A DNA stretch of 64,000 bases. Origin: a virus. The position numbers and the translations under genes were made by a program. Where the stretch lies: positions 32,001 to 96,000 of IMG/VR virus record IMGVR_UViG_3300013099_000018, one strand, 5' to 3'. Shown in pieces: positions 29,506 through 38,734 of this stretch (position 1 is the stretch's first letter; every line of letters starts with the position of its first letter). A model generated the notes under the pieces. That model was given only the letters and a program-made list of their open reading frames with translations. It searched no databases and was not told where the DNA came from.

Positions 29506-29886
29506 ATGGTAGATTTCATACACAAGTTGGCAGAGATTCATGGGATTAACCATATAGATTTCAAAGAAAAGAAAGATAAGTTTATACAAACACACATTAC
29601 TGATTTTATTTTAATTTCAAAAGAGAGGGAAGACTGGAAAAGATATTACGAGTCTAAGTCTAAATTAGCTAAACCACGTAAAATAAAGGTCAAGCGTAGA
29701 AGGTTTAAAATGCCAATTACGCATGGGTTCATTAGGTTGCATTTTGCTGTGCAAGACTACATAACTTCAAAAGCTTACAATGTCAATGTCGGTCTAAAAG
29801 AAATTGCAAATAAAAACAGAGTGAAAGTTATAACTTTAGTAAGTGCTATAAACGTGATTAAAAAAGTGGAAAATACTATAGTTTAA
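29506..29886 (+). CDS. Basic protein with C-terminal HTH, weakly TFB C-terminal cyclin-like
   Basis: DFIHKLA...GI and A..YI.S......LKEIA....V...TL. Confidence 0.5.
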   Translation: MVDFIHKLAEIHGINHIDFKEKKDKFIQTHITDFILISKEREDWKRYYESKSKLAKPRKIKVKRRRFKMPITHGFIRLHFAVQDYITSKAYNVNVGLKEIANKNRVKVITLVSAINVIKKVENTIV

Positions 29887-30211
29887 ATTTATCAAAAATC
29901 GTTTTAATCCCTCTAGCTCTTGCAATACGCTTAATGTGTCTGTATTCTATTTTACATTCTTTTTTCCACCGCTCTAAATGTTCTTTTAGCAAATCAGGTA
30001 ACGGTTTTTCAGGAACTATTAATTTATCATGTTCTTCGAAACCTCTTTTATAGTTGTGGCAATGAATCCACCCGCAATCACCGTCCCAGCAAGGGTCTTC
30101 TGGAATAGGATATAACCATTGCCCCCATTGTCCCTTCAGTTTAGGACATAAGAGTATTGATGATGTGCTATTCCACATTTCTAAAAATTCTTCAACGCTA
30201 ACAACCTTCAT
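29876..30211 (-). CDS. Hypothetical protein
   Basis: AGGTGA RBS; Cys/Trp-rich. Confidence 0.6.
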   Translation of the reverse strand: MKVVSVEEFLEMWNSTSSILLCPKLKGQWGQWLYPIPEDPCWDGDCGWIHCHNYKRGFEEHDKLIVPEKPLPDLLKEHLERWKKECKIEYRHIKRIARARGIKTIFDKFKL

Positions 30212-30285
30212 TTGGTCTCACCTACACATTTAACAGAGTATTTATTATCTCGAACTCGCAACCGCATAAACATATAAATGTTCGA

Positions 30286-30495
30286 TTAGTCATCAGAATC
30301 AACCTTCTCAAGCTCTAGTACAAAAAACCTTCTACGCTCAAGTGGAGGTTTCTTCTGCTCCTCTTTTAAGTATTGTTTACAACGTTTTATTGCTTCATCT
30401 TTACTTAGAGTAGTATAATGAATTTTCATGAGTCCGAACAAATCCTCCATGATTACTGCATATAGTTTAACCATCAGAATCACCCTCTTCAACAA
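30286..30495 (-). CDS. Hypothetical protein
   Basis: RBS before internal ATG. Confidence 0.55.
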   Translation of the reverse strand: MLKRVILMVKLYAVIMEDLFGLMKIHYTTLSKDEAIKRCKQYLKEEQKKPPLERRRFFVLELEKVDSDD

Positions 30496-30498
30496 TAA

Positions 30499-30798
30499 TT
30501 ATCCAAACTTTTTTAACAAGTATTCACAAAGTTTATTGCATTCAGTGAATGCTTCCTCTCTAAGAACTATCAAAGTGTGTCCTTTATGCTTAGCTATATC
30601 TTTTTCTACTTTGCTCTTTATTTTTTCCATTAACCTATCGTCATGCTCTGGTGCATTGAATCCAACAGCATATTTGACCAATTTCATGCAATCTAAACAA
30701 ATTGAGTATTCGTACCATCCACCTTCTTCAATCTCTTTATCAACAGCTATGCTAATCAACTCCTTTAACTTTGTTAGAAACTCAAACAGTTCTTTCAT
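30499..30798 (-). CDS. Hypothetical protein
   Basis: CLDC...HKGH; coupled to upstream gene. Confidence 0.6.
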   Translation of the reverse strand: MKELFEFLTKLKELISIAVDKEIEEGGWYEYSICLDCMKLVKYAVGFNAPEHDDRLMEKIKSKVEKDIAKHKGHTLIVLREEAFTECNKLCEYLLKKFG

Positions 30799-31004
30799 TT
30801 TCCACCCCCTAATAATTTAATTTTAGGCTCAAAATGAACACAGTATGGTTTTAACAAGCACCAGAACTGTTCAAGACAATCTTGACAATCTATAACACTA
30901 TCACATGCTGTTTTAAGTCCTTTCAAGCAACTAAATTTATAGAAATGCTTGCAATTACAGCAAATCTTACGTTCTTCATCTAATTTGGTATAGTCAACCA
31001 TCAT
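30795..31004 (-). CDS. Small Cys-rich protein
   Basis: 9 Cys in 69 aa. Confidence 0.55.
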   Translation of the reverse strand: MMVDYTKLDEERKICCNCKHFYKFSCLKGLKTACDSVIDCQDCLEQFWCLLKPYCVHFEPKIKLLGGGK

Positions 31005-31017
31005 CAGAGAACCACCC

Positions 31018-31242
31018 TTAATTCGTTTCTATCTTTGTAATTTTAACCTCAAACATACTACATATTTTTTTAGATACATCGACCATGCTTTTTTTTATGC
31101 ATGCTTCACTACAATAAACAAAGAATGGTCTCAACTTTTCGCAATTAGTACATCTGTGGTTAATGCCAAATATTTGACATAAATAAAGTAATATTGTATT
31201 TATTTTAATTAACTCTCTTCTTTCGAACATTGCTAATCCCAT
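31018..31242 (-). CDS. Small Cys-rich protein
   Basis: CxxC, Cx3C. Confidence 0.45.
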   Translation of the reverse strand: MGLAMFERRELIKINTILLYLCQIFGINHRCTNCEKLRPFFVYCSEACIKKSMVDVSKKICSMFEVKITKIETN

Positions 31243-31652
31243 CCTAATTGCTCTGCAATTTCTTTTGGAATATGTGTTAACTTAACAGCTTCGGATACCC
31301 ATAGCAACAACTTTTCAGTAGTGCTTTTATCGAACCCTCTTTCCCATGTACTATCTAAAATCGTGTAACCATCTATGCCAATGCCAGAAGTAACACCAAG
31401 TTGGTTTACAATACAAAGTGTCCACATTGCAAATCCCGCCACAACAGGGATTGTCGCTCTCATTTTTCTAAATTTGCGAATTTCCTTTAAGATGCGTTTC
31501 TTCCATCTGTCATCAATTAAATTAGAGTTTTTGTTAAGCCACTCTGTAAGTGATGCAATTAGTCTATCTTTTATCTCTGCTGGAAGATTCGGTATACTTG
31601 CTTTGTACATTGCTATATCTGTGTTGAAATCGACCAGACGTGCTTGTTTCAT
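31233..31652 (-). CDS. Hypothetical protein
   Basis: GGTGA RBS. Confidence 0.65.
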   Translation of the reverse strand: MKQARLVDFNTDIAMYKASIPNLPAEIKDRLIASLTEWLNKNSNLIDDRWKKRILKEIRKFRKMRATIPVVAGFAMWTLCIVNQLGVTSGIGIDGYTILDSTWERGFDKSTTEKLLLWVSEAVKLTHIPKEIAEQLGWD

Positions 31653-31683
31653 CGTATCACCACTCCAATGATTTCATCTAAAA

Positions 31684-32013
31684 TTACTTTAGTTCTTTTT
31701 CCATTTCTTTTCTGAATTGTGCGATTGCATCCAATACTGCTTCTATCTTCTGCTTTCCCAGTTTGGTTTTTTCTTGGATATACAGAATAAGCATTTGTCT
31801 AATGAAACCTTGTGTTGGTATCCCTTCTAAAGCCCTAGAAATTCTCTCCATTTCCTCAATCAATTTCTCCCCAACTGTCTTACTTTCACCACCCATATAT
31901 AAAACTCTGAGAATTGCATATATAAGACTTGCGATACTACTTAAAAGGTAATTAAACCTAATCTCTATACAAAATTTACTATAAATAATGTTGAATTCAA
32001 AAGCATCGAACAT
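31684..32013 (-). CDS. Hypothetical protein, probable internal start (MGGESK)
   Basis: Helical C-terminal part. Confidence 0.5.
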   Translation of the reverse strand: MFDAFEFNIIYSKFCIEIRFNYLLSSIASLIYAILRVLYMGGESKTVGEKLIEEMERISRALEGIPTQGFIRQMLILYIQEKTKLGKQKIEAVLDAIAQFRKEMEKELK

Positions 32014-32064
32014 AGTATCCTCTAACCAGAATTGCTTTTTGTTATTATTTGGCTAATTTTATAA

Positions 32065-32910
32065 CTATATCACTATCCGTTTAGGTCGTTGCGGTAACAC
32101 TGGAGTTGCATTCAGTAACACTAATTCTTTATAAGTAAGAACTTTGCTATTATTGTTGTTGTTACTATAGTTGTTGTTACTATAGTTGTTGCTATTAGAT
32201 GTATTATATATACTATAATTGCATTTATTATTAGCACATTCTTTAGAGTTCTTATTATAGTTAATTTTAGCAAAGAGTTTCTTAAAGCCTTTATATAATT
32301 TATCGCCTATGTTTTTGAAGAACTCTACCAATTCTGCTAAGTAACCCCATGGTTCTTTACCTGTCTTTTCTATTGTAGCTTCTTCGATTCTTTTGCCTCT
32401 TTTGGTGTACCACCTTCCTAGTATTTTGAATATGTAAGATGTTATTAACTTTAGAGATAGCTTTCCAGCATGGAATATTAGGAACAATATATCACCAAGC
32501 CTCTTTGACTTTGCAATGCCCTTTATCTTATCTGCTAATGTGATTATTACACGTTTGGCTATGTTGTATCCTCTATAGGCTTTAGGTTTTGGTATCTCAT
32601 TGTCTATAATCCTTTTAATAGTTTTCATATCCCAATTGGCGTAGAATTCTGCGAGGTGTATGCAAGCAATTTCTGTAAAGTTGAGTCTACCACCATCAAA
32701 GCCATCTGGTATGAGTATTCTGAATCCGATATCATTAGCAATATAGAATTCTGATATATCGACATTGTAACCTAATTGTCTATCGGCGAAATCTTTAATA
32801 TCCTTGAGTAAGTACCCTATTAGGGAGTCGGGGGTCATGGTGTTAAGGTCTTTGTGGTTTGGTTTGTTTTCTTGTTCCTTCTCTTGTTCCTTATTCATAA
32901 ACTTATTCAT
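32065..32910 (-). CDS. Hypothetical 281-aa basic protein with Asn-rich low-complexity tail
   Basis: Long ORF; SNNYSNNNYSNNNNNS repeat. Confidence 0.7.
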   Translation of the reverse strand: MNKFMNKEQEKEQENKPNHKDLNTMTPDSLIGYLLKDIKDFADRQLGYNVDISEFYIANDIGFRILIPDGFDGGRLNFTEIACIHLAEFYANWDMKTIKRIIDNEIPKPKAYRGYNIAKRVIITLADKIKGIAKSKRLGDILFLIFHAGKLSLKLITSYIFKILGRWYTKRGKRIEEATIEKTGKEPWGYLAELVEFFKNIGDKLYKGFKKLFAKINYNKNSKECANNKCNYSIYNTSNSNNYSNNNYSNNNNNSKVLTYKELVLLNATPVLPQRPKRIVI

Positions 32911-32968
32911 AAAACCACAATAACCTCTCTTAATAAATTATTTATGCTACAATTTATGTATTTTTATC

Positions 32969-33244
32969 ATGGTTTTCAAATGCTTCATATGTGAAAAAAA
33001 TGGTATCGACAGAGTTTTCAAGGATTTTGGTGCTTTGAAGTATCATTTCACTCATGTACATTGTAAAAATGGTGTTTGTCCAATCTGTGGTGCTAAAGTA
33101 AAGAGAATTGGTACTCACTTATACCTTATGGCTAAAAAAGACTTCGAACATGCTATGGCTTATGGTTTGTATAAAAAAGTGAATAAAAGCAAATTAAAAG
33201 ATAGGTGTATTGAGTTAGCGTATATATTTTCTGAGGTGCTTTAA
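32969..33244 (+). CDS. C2H2 zinc-finger protein, paralogue of 38735-39232
   Basis: CxxC..F....L..HF...H, CPIC...IG.H...EHA...GL shared by both. Confidence 0.72.
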   Translation: MVFKCFICEKNGIDRVFKDFGALKYHFTHVHCKNGVCPICGAKVKRIGTHLYLMAKKDFEHAMAYGLYKKVNKSKLKDRCIELAYIFSEVL

Positions 33245-33370
33245 ACTCGAAAAGAACCAGTAGAAGTATGCAATACTCGTAAGACATAGCAATAGCATGC
33301 TGAAAATCAATATCGCATAGAGTTCATACGTTACTTCTCGAATCCAAAGCATAAATTCAGTCTGATTCAT
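33215..33370 (-). CDS. Small 51-aa membrane protein (below ORF-track cutoff)
   Basis: MNQTEFMLWIREVTYELYAILIFSMLLLCLTSIAYFYWFFSSLKHLRKYIR; GAGGT RBS. Confidence 0.45.
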   Translation of the reverse strand: MNQTEFMLWIREVTYELYAILIFSMLLLCLTSIAYFYWFFSSLKHLRKYIR

Positions 33371-33713
33371 CCAAACCAACCTCTTCTTCTATCTTTTTCA
33401 ACTCTTCGTAAGTCTCTGTCAAATCCTTCAAGAATTCCTGAGGATTAAGTACAGCATCTATGAAATCATATAATGCATTTAACGTAGTTTTAAAACCGTA
33501 TTTTTTAACCATCTCTTTTGTTAGCATTAGGTAATATGTTGAAAGTAGTGCTTCAATGATATAGTCTTTGTTGGGTATCCCTTTTTCAACTAAAATTTTC
33601 TTAATCTCTGTTGCAAAATCTAATACCTCTTTGAATTTCTCCGAAGCTTTGTTTTAGTATTTTTCAATGTCTTCTTTACAATAAACTAACCCTTCTAATA
33701 CAAATCTTAGCAT
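33357..33713 (-). pseudogene. Reading frame interrupted by single in-frame TAA (33654-33656)
   Basis: Leaderless ATG after TATA; protein-like frame continues 98 codons past the stop. Confidence 0.55.
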
Positions 33714-33803
33714 AACTTAAAATCTGAGTTACTTAATAAAAACCTTTCGCTTACATAAGTAAGATAGAAAGGTTTATAAATGTAAGTAGATATAGTATCT
33801 ACC

Positions 33804-34226
33804 ATGAGCAAGGATAAAGTTTTCGTTAAATTCGATGACTGGAACGCTTTAGACAAAAGAGATTTGGTAAAAATAATATCTTTGAACTTTCTCGGAGAAA
33901 TAGGACAAAAGCTATTAGTCATAGCAAACATAAACGACAGACTTCTTGAAGAACTGGACAGACTTTCCAAAAACGTAAACCTAAAATTCCACAAAAACGT
34001 GTTTGAAAAAGCCTCTTTGATATATTGTATTTTAAAGCAATTCATAGGATTCGAAAAGACAGAACCAACATCAACCGACAGATATGCTGTAATCATTGCT
34101 TTGATAAAATTACTCATAGAGTATGCAAGAGACTATGGTAACTTTATAATTGAATTCTCTGTTGAAGAGATGCAGAAATTAGGAGGAATAGCTAAAAGAG
34201 AAGGTGAGAAAAACAATGACTCTTGA
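33804..34226 (+). CDS. Hypothetical protein
   Basis: GAAAGGTTTATAAA promoter upstream. Confidence 0.62.
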   Translation: MSKDKVFVKFDDWNALDKRDLVKIISLNFLGEIGQKLLVIANINDRLLEELDRLSKNVNLKFHKNVFEKASLIYCILKQFIGFEKTEPTSTDRYAVIIALIKLLIEYARDYGNFIIEFSVEEMQKLGGIAKREGEKNNDS

Positions 34227-34539
34227 AGACATAGTTCAAGCCTTTACTGGTAACAAACTACCAGAACCATTTAAAGTTAAATTAAAACTCAAGGACAAAC
34301 ACTACTACGCTTATGTCTCTCTTGGAGAGATAAGAATATACAAACCAGTAAATAACGTAAACGTAAAAGAGCTTGAAGAGAAATACAAAGCAAGCATAAC
34401 TTTAGGTTCTGGAATTGTAATCATACAACCTAAGTTGGATTTACCTTATCTGTGCAACATTGACGAAGAATGTGTCAACAAGCTTAAGGAATGGCTTAAG
34501 GATTATGGATTACCTTTAATTAAGGAACTTCTTAAATAA
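34204..34539 (+). CDS. Hypothetical protein
   Basis: AGGTGA RBS before MTLEDI. Confidence 0.6.
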   Translation: MRKTMTLEDIVQAFTGNKLPEPFKVKLKLKDKHYYAYVSLGEIRIYKPVNNVNVKELEEKYKASITLGSGIVIIQPKLDLPYLCNIDEECVNKLKEWLKDYGLPLIKELLK

Positions 34540-34540
34540 G

Positions 34541-35182
34541 GTGATAAGTATGTTAATTAAAAACGATGCACCTAATTTTATTTTTAAGAACAAGTTAGGA
34601 GAAGACTACTATGAAGTTCTATGGTATATTTTAGAAAACGGCGAAATATATGTTAGTGAAAGAGAGCAACCTTATTTGGAAGCAGAGCCAATAACGATTA
34701 CAGTCATAGAGCCAGTCATGGACAAGCCTTCAAAAGTTCTTCCTCAATACATAGTTCAACGATGGGGTGAACAATTTATCTTTGATTACGCTACAAGAGT
34801 GGCTTGGTGTATAAAAGAGCCTGGTATGTGGTCTTACTCATACGGAGAACGTTTAGCATATAAAAACCAAATTGAAAACATAATCAAGAAACTCAAAAAC
34901 AATCCCGACACAAGACAAGCTACAGCAGTTCTATACAGACCAGAAGATACATCTAATCCAGAACCACCATGTTGGTGTATCATAGATTTCAAAATACGAA
35001 ATGGAAAACTAAGAACGTTTGCATGGCTTAGAAGCAACGACATGGAAAATGGATATCCACCAGACTACTTTGCTATTCTAATGTTGAGCTACAGAGTTTC
35101 AGAAGAATTAGGAGTTGAAATAGGTAGAATTACTACACGTTCCGAGTCAGCACATATCTATATTCGTAACTTAAAGAATTGA
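34541..35182 (+). CDS. thyA: Thymidylate synthase-fold enzyme, possibly dCMP (hydroxy)methylase
   Basis: SYGERL, NPDTRQA, catalytic PPC, RSND, SAHIY; Asp at the Asn177-equivalent position. Confidence 0.82.
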   Translation: MISMLIKNDAPNFIFKNKLGEDYYEVLWYILENGEIYVSEREQPYLEAEPITITVIEPVMDKPSKVLPQYIVQRWGEQFIFDYATRVAWCIKEPGMWSYSYGERLAYKNQIENIIKKLKNNPDTRQATAVLYRPEDTSNPEPPCWCIIDFKIRNGKLRTFAWLRSNDMENGYPPDYFAILMLSYRVSEELGVEIGRITTRSESAHIYIRNLKN

Positions 35183-35215
35183 TTTCTGTTTAACTCTAAC
35201 CAACTTTTTTAATTA

Positions 35216-35250
35216 TTGCAAAAGTAAAACCTAAAAGCTTATATAGGTAA
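35216..35250 (+). promoter_or_regulatory. 35-bp promoter, exact duplicate at 36080-36114
   Basis: TTGCAAAAGTAAAACCTAAAAGCTTATATAGGTAA. Confidence 0.8.
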
Positions 35251-35280
35251 GGAGTTATAATATACTATAGAGGTGATGCT

Positions 35281-36051
35281 ATGATAAGGGGTTTAGGTGG
35301 AAAGGCTATAAAGAGGTTGTTTAAGCAATTATTCAACAAGAAGGAGATTTATAGAGTTTGCAGAGAACAAGACCTATGGCTATGGGAAAAGTTCAAAGGG
35401 TATAAAGTTAGTGAAAGTGTCTGGAAGAGAGTACCACTATGTATAGCTCCTACATACATCTACACAGACCCCTATTTCCACGACAAATCACTAAAGTCAT
35501 TACCATCACTCAACATAACTAATTTCTTCGTTGTAGAGTTAGATGTTGATGAACTAATATCATCTGACGGTCATCTATACCCATGCTACTATTATGCCTT
35601 TGATGTCAATGAGCTTAGAAATGTCGTTGTTCGAAAATATGTCCACATTGAACATATAGTTCTAATGCATGAGTTTGAGGTTTTCACTCTACAAGACTTG
35701 AACATCGAAAACATAAAAACGGTATACACAAGCAATATCTTTGTAAAAGAGTTCTTCGAAAAGCATGGTATTAAAGTAAAGGATTGTGATAAAATCGACA
35801 AAGAGCTTTTCAGAGAAGCTTTTAAGACTACAATATTGCTTAGGAAGGTTTACACTAATGTCGTTGAGGGTAAAATGCCTAATGATTATCGCAAGGTCTT
35901 AGTTAGAACTTGCAATATATATAACAACTTACTTAATGATTTGCTTGATAAGTTAGATGTCTCAAGAGTTCAATTAGAAGAAGCTATACACATACCAAGT
36001 ATGTGGAATGTTGTAGAAATCTTAGACAAAAGAGCCGTGTTGTATTGTTAA
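35281..36051 (+). CDS. Hypothetical 256-aa protein
   Basis: Promoter, GAGGTGA RBS, T-rich terminator. Confidence 0.72.
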   Translation: MIRGLGGKAIKRLFKQLFNKKEIYRVCREQDLWLWEKFKGYKVSESVWKRVPLCIAPTYIYTDPYFHDKSLKSLPSLNITNFFVVELDVDELISSDGHLYPCYYYAFDVNELRNVVVRKYVHIEHIVLMHEFEVFTLQDLNIENIKTVYTSNIFVKEFFEKHGIKVKDCDKIDKELFREAFKTTILLRKVYTNVVEGKMPNDYRKVLVRTCNIYNNLLNDLLDKLDVSRVQLEEAIHIPSMWNVVEILDKRAVLYC

Positions 36052-36079
36052 CATCTTTTTTAGCTTTTTTATTTTCGTC

Positions 36080-36114
36080 TTGCAAAAGTAAAACCTAAAA
36101 GCTTATATAGGTAA
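36080..36114 (+). promoter_or_regulatory. Second copy of 35-bp promoter
   Basis: Identical to 35216-35250. Confidence 0.8.
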
Positions 36115-36140
36115 TACCTCAAATATTATATGGTGATAGT

Positions 36141-36506
36141 ATGAAGGTTAAGGGGTTTATAAAGTATGTATTGTTTGCTCCTATAGTAGGTATAGACGTT
36201 CCAGAACGCCTCAAAACAACTGCAATGTTCTACAGAATTGCAGAAGTTGAGGAATGCTTCAAAAACAGAATGGCTACAGAGTTTGAAGCATTGATAGCCA
36301 TATTTTCAGCATCTAAATTAGCACCATTAGACGAAACATGGTTTAGAATATACGTTTACCTCTTTAGAAAATTCTTTCCAGCACATGCTGAAAAACTCAA
36401 GTTACCAAAGATAACTTTAAATGAATATGAACTCCACAAGCTTAAAGAGCTTAGAAAAGATATATTCAAAAAACAGATTGAAGCTTTAAGGAACAATGGA
36501 AGGTGA
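36141..36506 (+). CDS. Hypothetical protein
   Basis: GGTGA RBS. Confidence 0.68.
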   Translation: MKVKGFIKYVLFAPIVGIDVPERLKTTAMFYRIAEVEECFKNRMATEFEALIAIFSASKLAPLDETWFRIYVYLFRKFFPAHAEKLKLPKITLNEYELHKLKELRKDIFKKQIEALRNNGR

Positions 36507-36512
36507 TATTCT

Positions 36513-36650
36513 ATGCCAATTTGCTATGTTTGCGGTGTAAACGAAGGTACTATCGAACTCAGAACACCAGTTGGAAAATACAAGTTCTACATCTGTCCAG
36601 ATTGCAGAAAAAAGAGATTAGAAATGCTTGAGCAATATCCAATTGATTAG
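36513..36650 (+). CDS. 45-aa Zn-finger micro-protein (below ORF-track cutoff)
   Basis: MPICYVCG...YICPDCRKK; AGGTGA RBS. Confidence 0.6.
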   Translation: MPICYVCGVNEGTIELRTPVGKYKFYICPDCRKKRLEMLEQYPID

Positions 36651-36722
36651 TTTCTTTTATTTTTTATAATTTTTAAACAACACCACTATTTTAAAATACC
36701 TTTAATCAATACTACTAATTGT

Positions 36723-36914
36723 ATGCCATGTCCAAATATTGAGTTCTGTCCAGCTAAAGTGGATTATAAGCACTACACAGAGTACTGTTTAAGCGATGAC
36801 AACTGGAAAGCATGTAGGTACTATGTCAAATACGAAATGACACCATCGCAATGGAAGAAATACGTTGGTGAATCTCCAACAAAAACTGAAAGTAGCGGTT
36901 TTAGACTCCTCTGA
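36723..36914 (+). CDS. Small Cys-rich protein
   Basis: CP....CP...YC......C. Confidence 0.5.
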   Translation: MPCPNIEFCPAKVDYKHYTEYCLSDDNWKACRYYVKYEMTPSQWKKYVGESPTKTESSGFRLL

Positions 36915-36968
36915 GTTTACACTAATACTACCACAAATATTATATAGTTCTTACACCTATCTTATATC

Positions 36969-37220
36969 ATGGGGAAGTTGGTGAAGTTGCATGTGGAAAT
37001 ACCAGTAGAGGACTACATTAACATGGTACTTCTAGTCGCTAAAGAGGAATATCCAAATCTAAGGCAGATAGTTCTGGAAGGAGTACGAAAAGTCTTTGAA
37101 AAATACGGAGAAGACTATTTCAAGGAGCTAAGAGAGGAAAACAGAGAAATCGTAGAGAACATTCTGAAGAAGGCAAAGATTGTAGAAAGAAAAAGGGTTA
37201 GAAAGTGGATTGTTAAGTAG
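36969..37220 (+). CDS. Ribbon-helix-helix transcription regulator
   Basis: VKLHVEIP strand, helix, YPNLRQIVLEGVR helix. Confidence 0.58.
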   Translation: MGKLVKLHVEIPVEDYINMVLLVAKEEYPNLRQIVLEGVRKVFEKYGEDYFKELREENREIVENILKKAKIVERKRVRKWIVK

Positions 37221-37234
37221 CGAGGTGATTTGAC

Positions 37235-37471
37235 ATGAAATCATTTGAAGATTGGCTGGAGTATATTGAGGAAGAGATAGAAAAGGCAAACATAACTGAA
37301 CCATGCAGATGTTCTCTTTTAGTTAGGCTCTATGCTCTCAAAATAAATAGAACCTTATCTGACTTAAAGAACCTCATGAGATGGCTACACCACTATAAAC
37401 TACCACACTTGTGTCCAACATTGGATGAAATCGATAACTGGATTCAGCAAGGAGTTATAAGAACTCTATAG
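37235..37471 (+). CDS. Hypothetical protein
   Basis: GAGGTGA RBS. Confidence 0.6.
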   Translation: MKSFEDWLEYIEEEIEKANITEPCRCSLLVRLYALKINRTLSDLKNLMRWLHHYKLPHLCPTLDEIDNWIQQGVIRTL

Positions 37472-37518
37472 CTTTAGATTTCTGTTATTTTTTAAAATAA
37501 TCTTTGTAGGTGTTTTAA

Positions 37519-38094
37519 ATGCAATACGTAGAAGATATTAAGCTTCTGGTAGATGAAGATTCACAAATCTACGACAAAGCAAAGAAATCAATAACTGAGA
37601 TTAAACCATGTCAGCAATGTGGTTGGTGTTGCAACAATAGAAGGATTTTGGTAACAATCCCAGAAATGATTAGAATTCTAAAACACACCAAAAAGAAATT
37701 CTCAGAAGTGTTCGTAATCGAGAAAAATAGACTATCAGTCTCCATCAAAACGAAGAAAGTCAATAATAAACACTACTGTATATTTTATGACAACGGTAAA
37801 TGTTCAATCCACGACATCAAACCATTTCAATGTTTCACGTATCCAGTGATATTTCATCCAGCAGTCTTCGAAATACATCCACCAAAACCAATGTATAGTG
37901 AGTTCTACGTTTTCACTTGTCAATCTCCTTACAAAGACAAAGCAAAATTTGCAATTGAAATAGATGACTTTGAATTAATAACAACTAAAAGACTACTCTA
38001 TCTAACGAAGAACTATAACATTCAAAAGAAGCTAATTAGTAAAAACAAATTGGTAGAAATAGTTGAAGAGGTGGCTAAAATTGAAAGAACTTGA
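37519..38094 (+). CDS. YkgJ-family cysteine-cluster (CxxCxxCC) protein
   Basis: CQQCGWCC, CIFYD..CSIH..KP..C..YP. Confidence 0.82.
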   Translation: MQYVEDIKLLVDEDSQIYDKAKKSITEIKPCQQCGWCCNNRRILVTIPEMIRILKHTKKKFSEVFVIEKNRLSVSIKTKKVNNKHYCIFYDNGKCSIHDIKPFQCFTYPVIFHPAVFEIHPPKPMYSEFYVFTCQSPYKDKAKFAIEIDDFELITTKRLLYLTKNYNIQKKLISKNKLVEIVEEVAKIERT

Positions 38095-38716
38095 AGATTT
38101 AATAAGGCAAGCAATTCTTGAATCAGTAAAAGAGTATCAAATAAACAAAAGAGACACTATCCATATAACCGATTTAACGACATGCCTTAGAAAGAGCTAC
38201 TACACTAAAAAATACGGATTTCCTATGGATGAAAAAACAGCATTTAGAATATTATTTGGAGTTATAGTTCATGAGCTATTAACGCCAGTAATAGCAGAAT
38301 ACCTAAATGGCAAAAGAGAGGTACGAACAACTTACAAATATCAAGGAATTGAAATCCAAGCCACACCAGATGTCTTAGCTAACGATGTAGTTGTAGAGCT
38401 AAAAACATGCAATAAACTACCATATTCACCTTACAAAACACATCTTGAACAATTAAACGCATACTTACACATATTTAACGTTCCCAAGGGTTTAATCGTT
38501 TATATCTCAAGAACCCAACTTGGAGTTAGAATATTCGATTATTACGGTAATGCGGATTTGTTTTACCATACGATGGAGAAAGCCAAGATTCTGAAATACG
38601 CTTTAGATAAAGATGTTCCACCACCATGTAACATATCAATCTCGGCAAGAAAAACATATTGTAAAGATTGCCCGTTCAAAAACATATGTGTTAGTGATTC
38701 GGAACTATCTGTTTAG
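38063..38716 (+). CDS. cas4: Cas4-like (solo, viral) RecB-family nuclease with Fe-S Cys
   Basis: TDL..CLRK, G..VH, PD, VELKT, QLNAY, C...C..CPF...C. Confidence 0.87.
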   Translation: MKRWLKLKELEDLIRQAILESVKEYQINKRDTIHITDLTTCLRKSYYTKKYGFPMDEKTAFRILFGVIVHELLTPVIAEYLNGKREVRTTYKYQGIEIQATPDVLANDVVVELKTCNKLPYSPYKTHLEQLNAYLHIFNVPKGLIVYISRTQLGVRIFDYYGNADLFYHTMEKAKILKYALDKDVPPPCNISISARKTYCKDCPFKNICVSDSELSV

Positions 38717-38734
38717 AAGGTATAGGGTGATATT

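Noticed and set aside
32065-32910. Replication initiator or protelomerase
   Set aside because: No HUH, tyrosine-recombinase or polymerase motifs recognisable; no replication enzyme identified in the window.
38063-38716. CRISPR-Cas adaptation locus
   Set aside because: Solo Cas4-like gene with no cas1/cas2 or array; typical viral nuclease.
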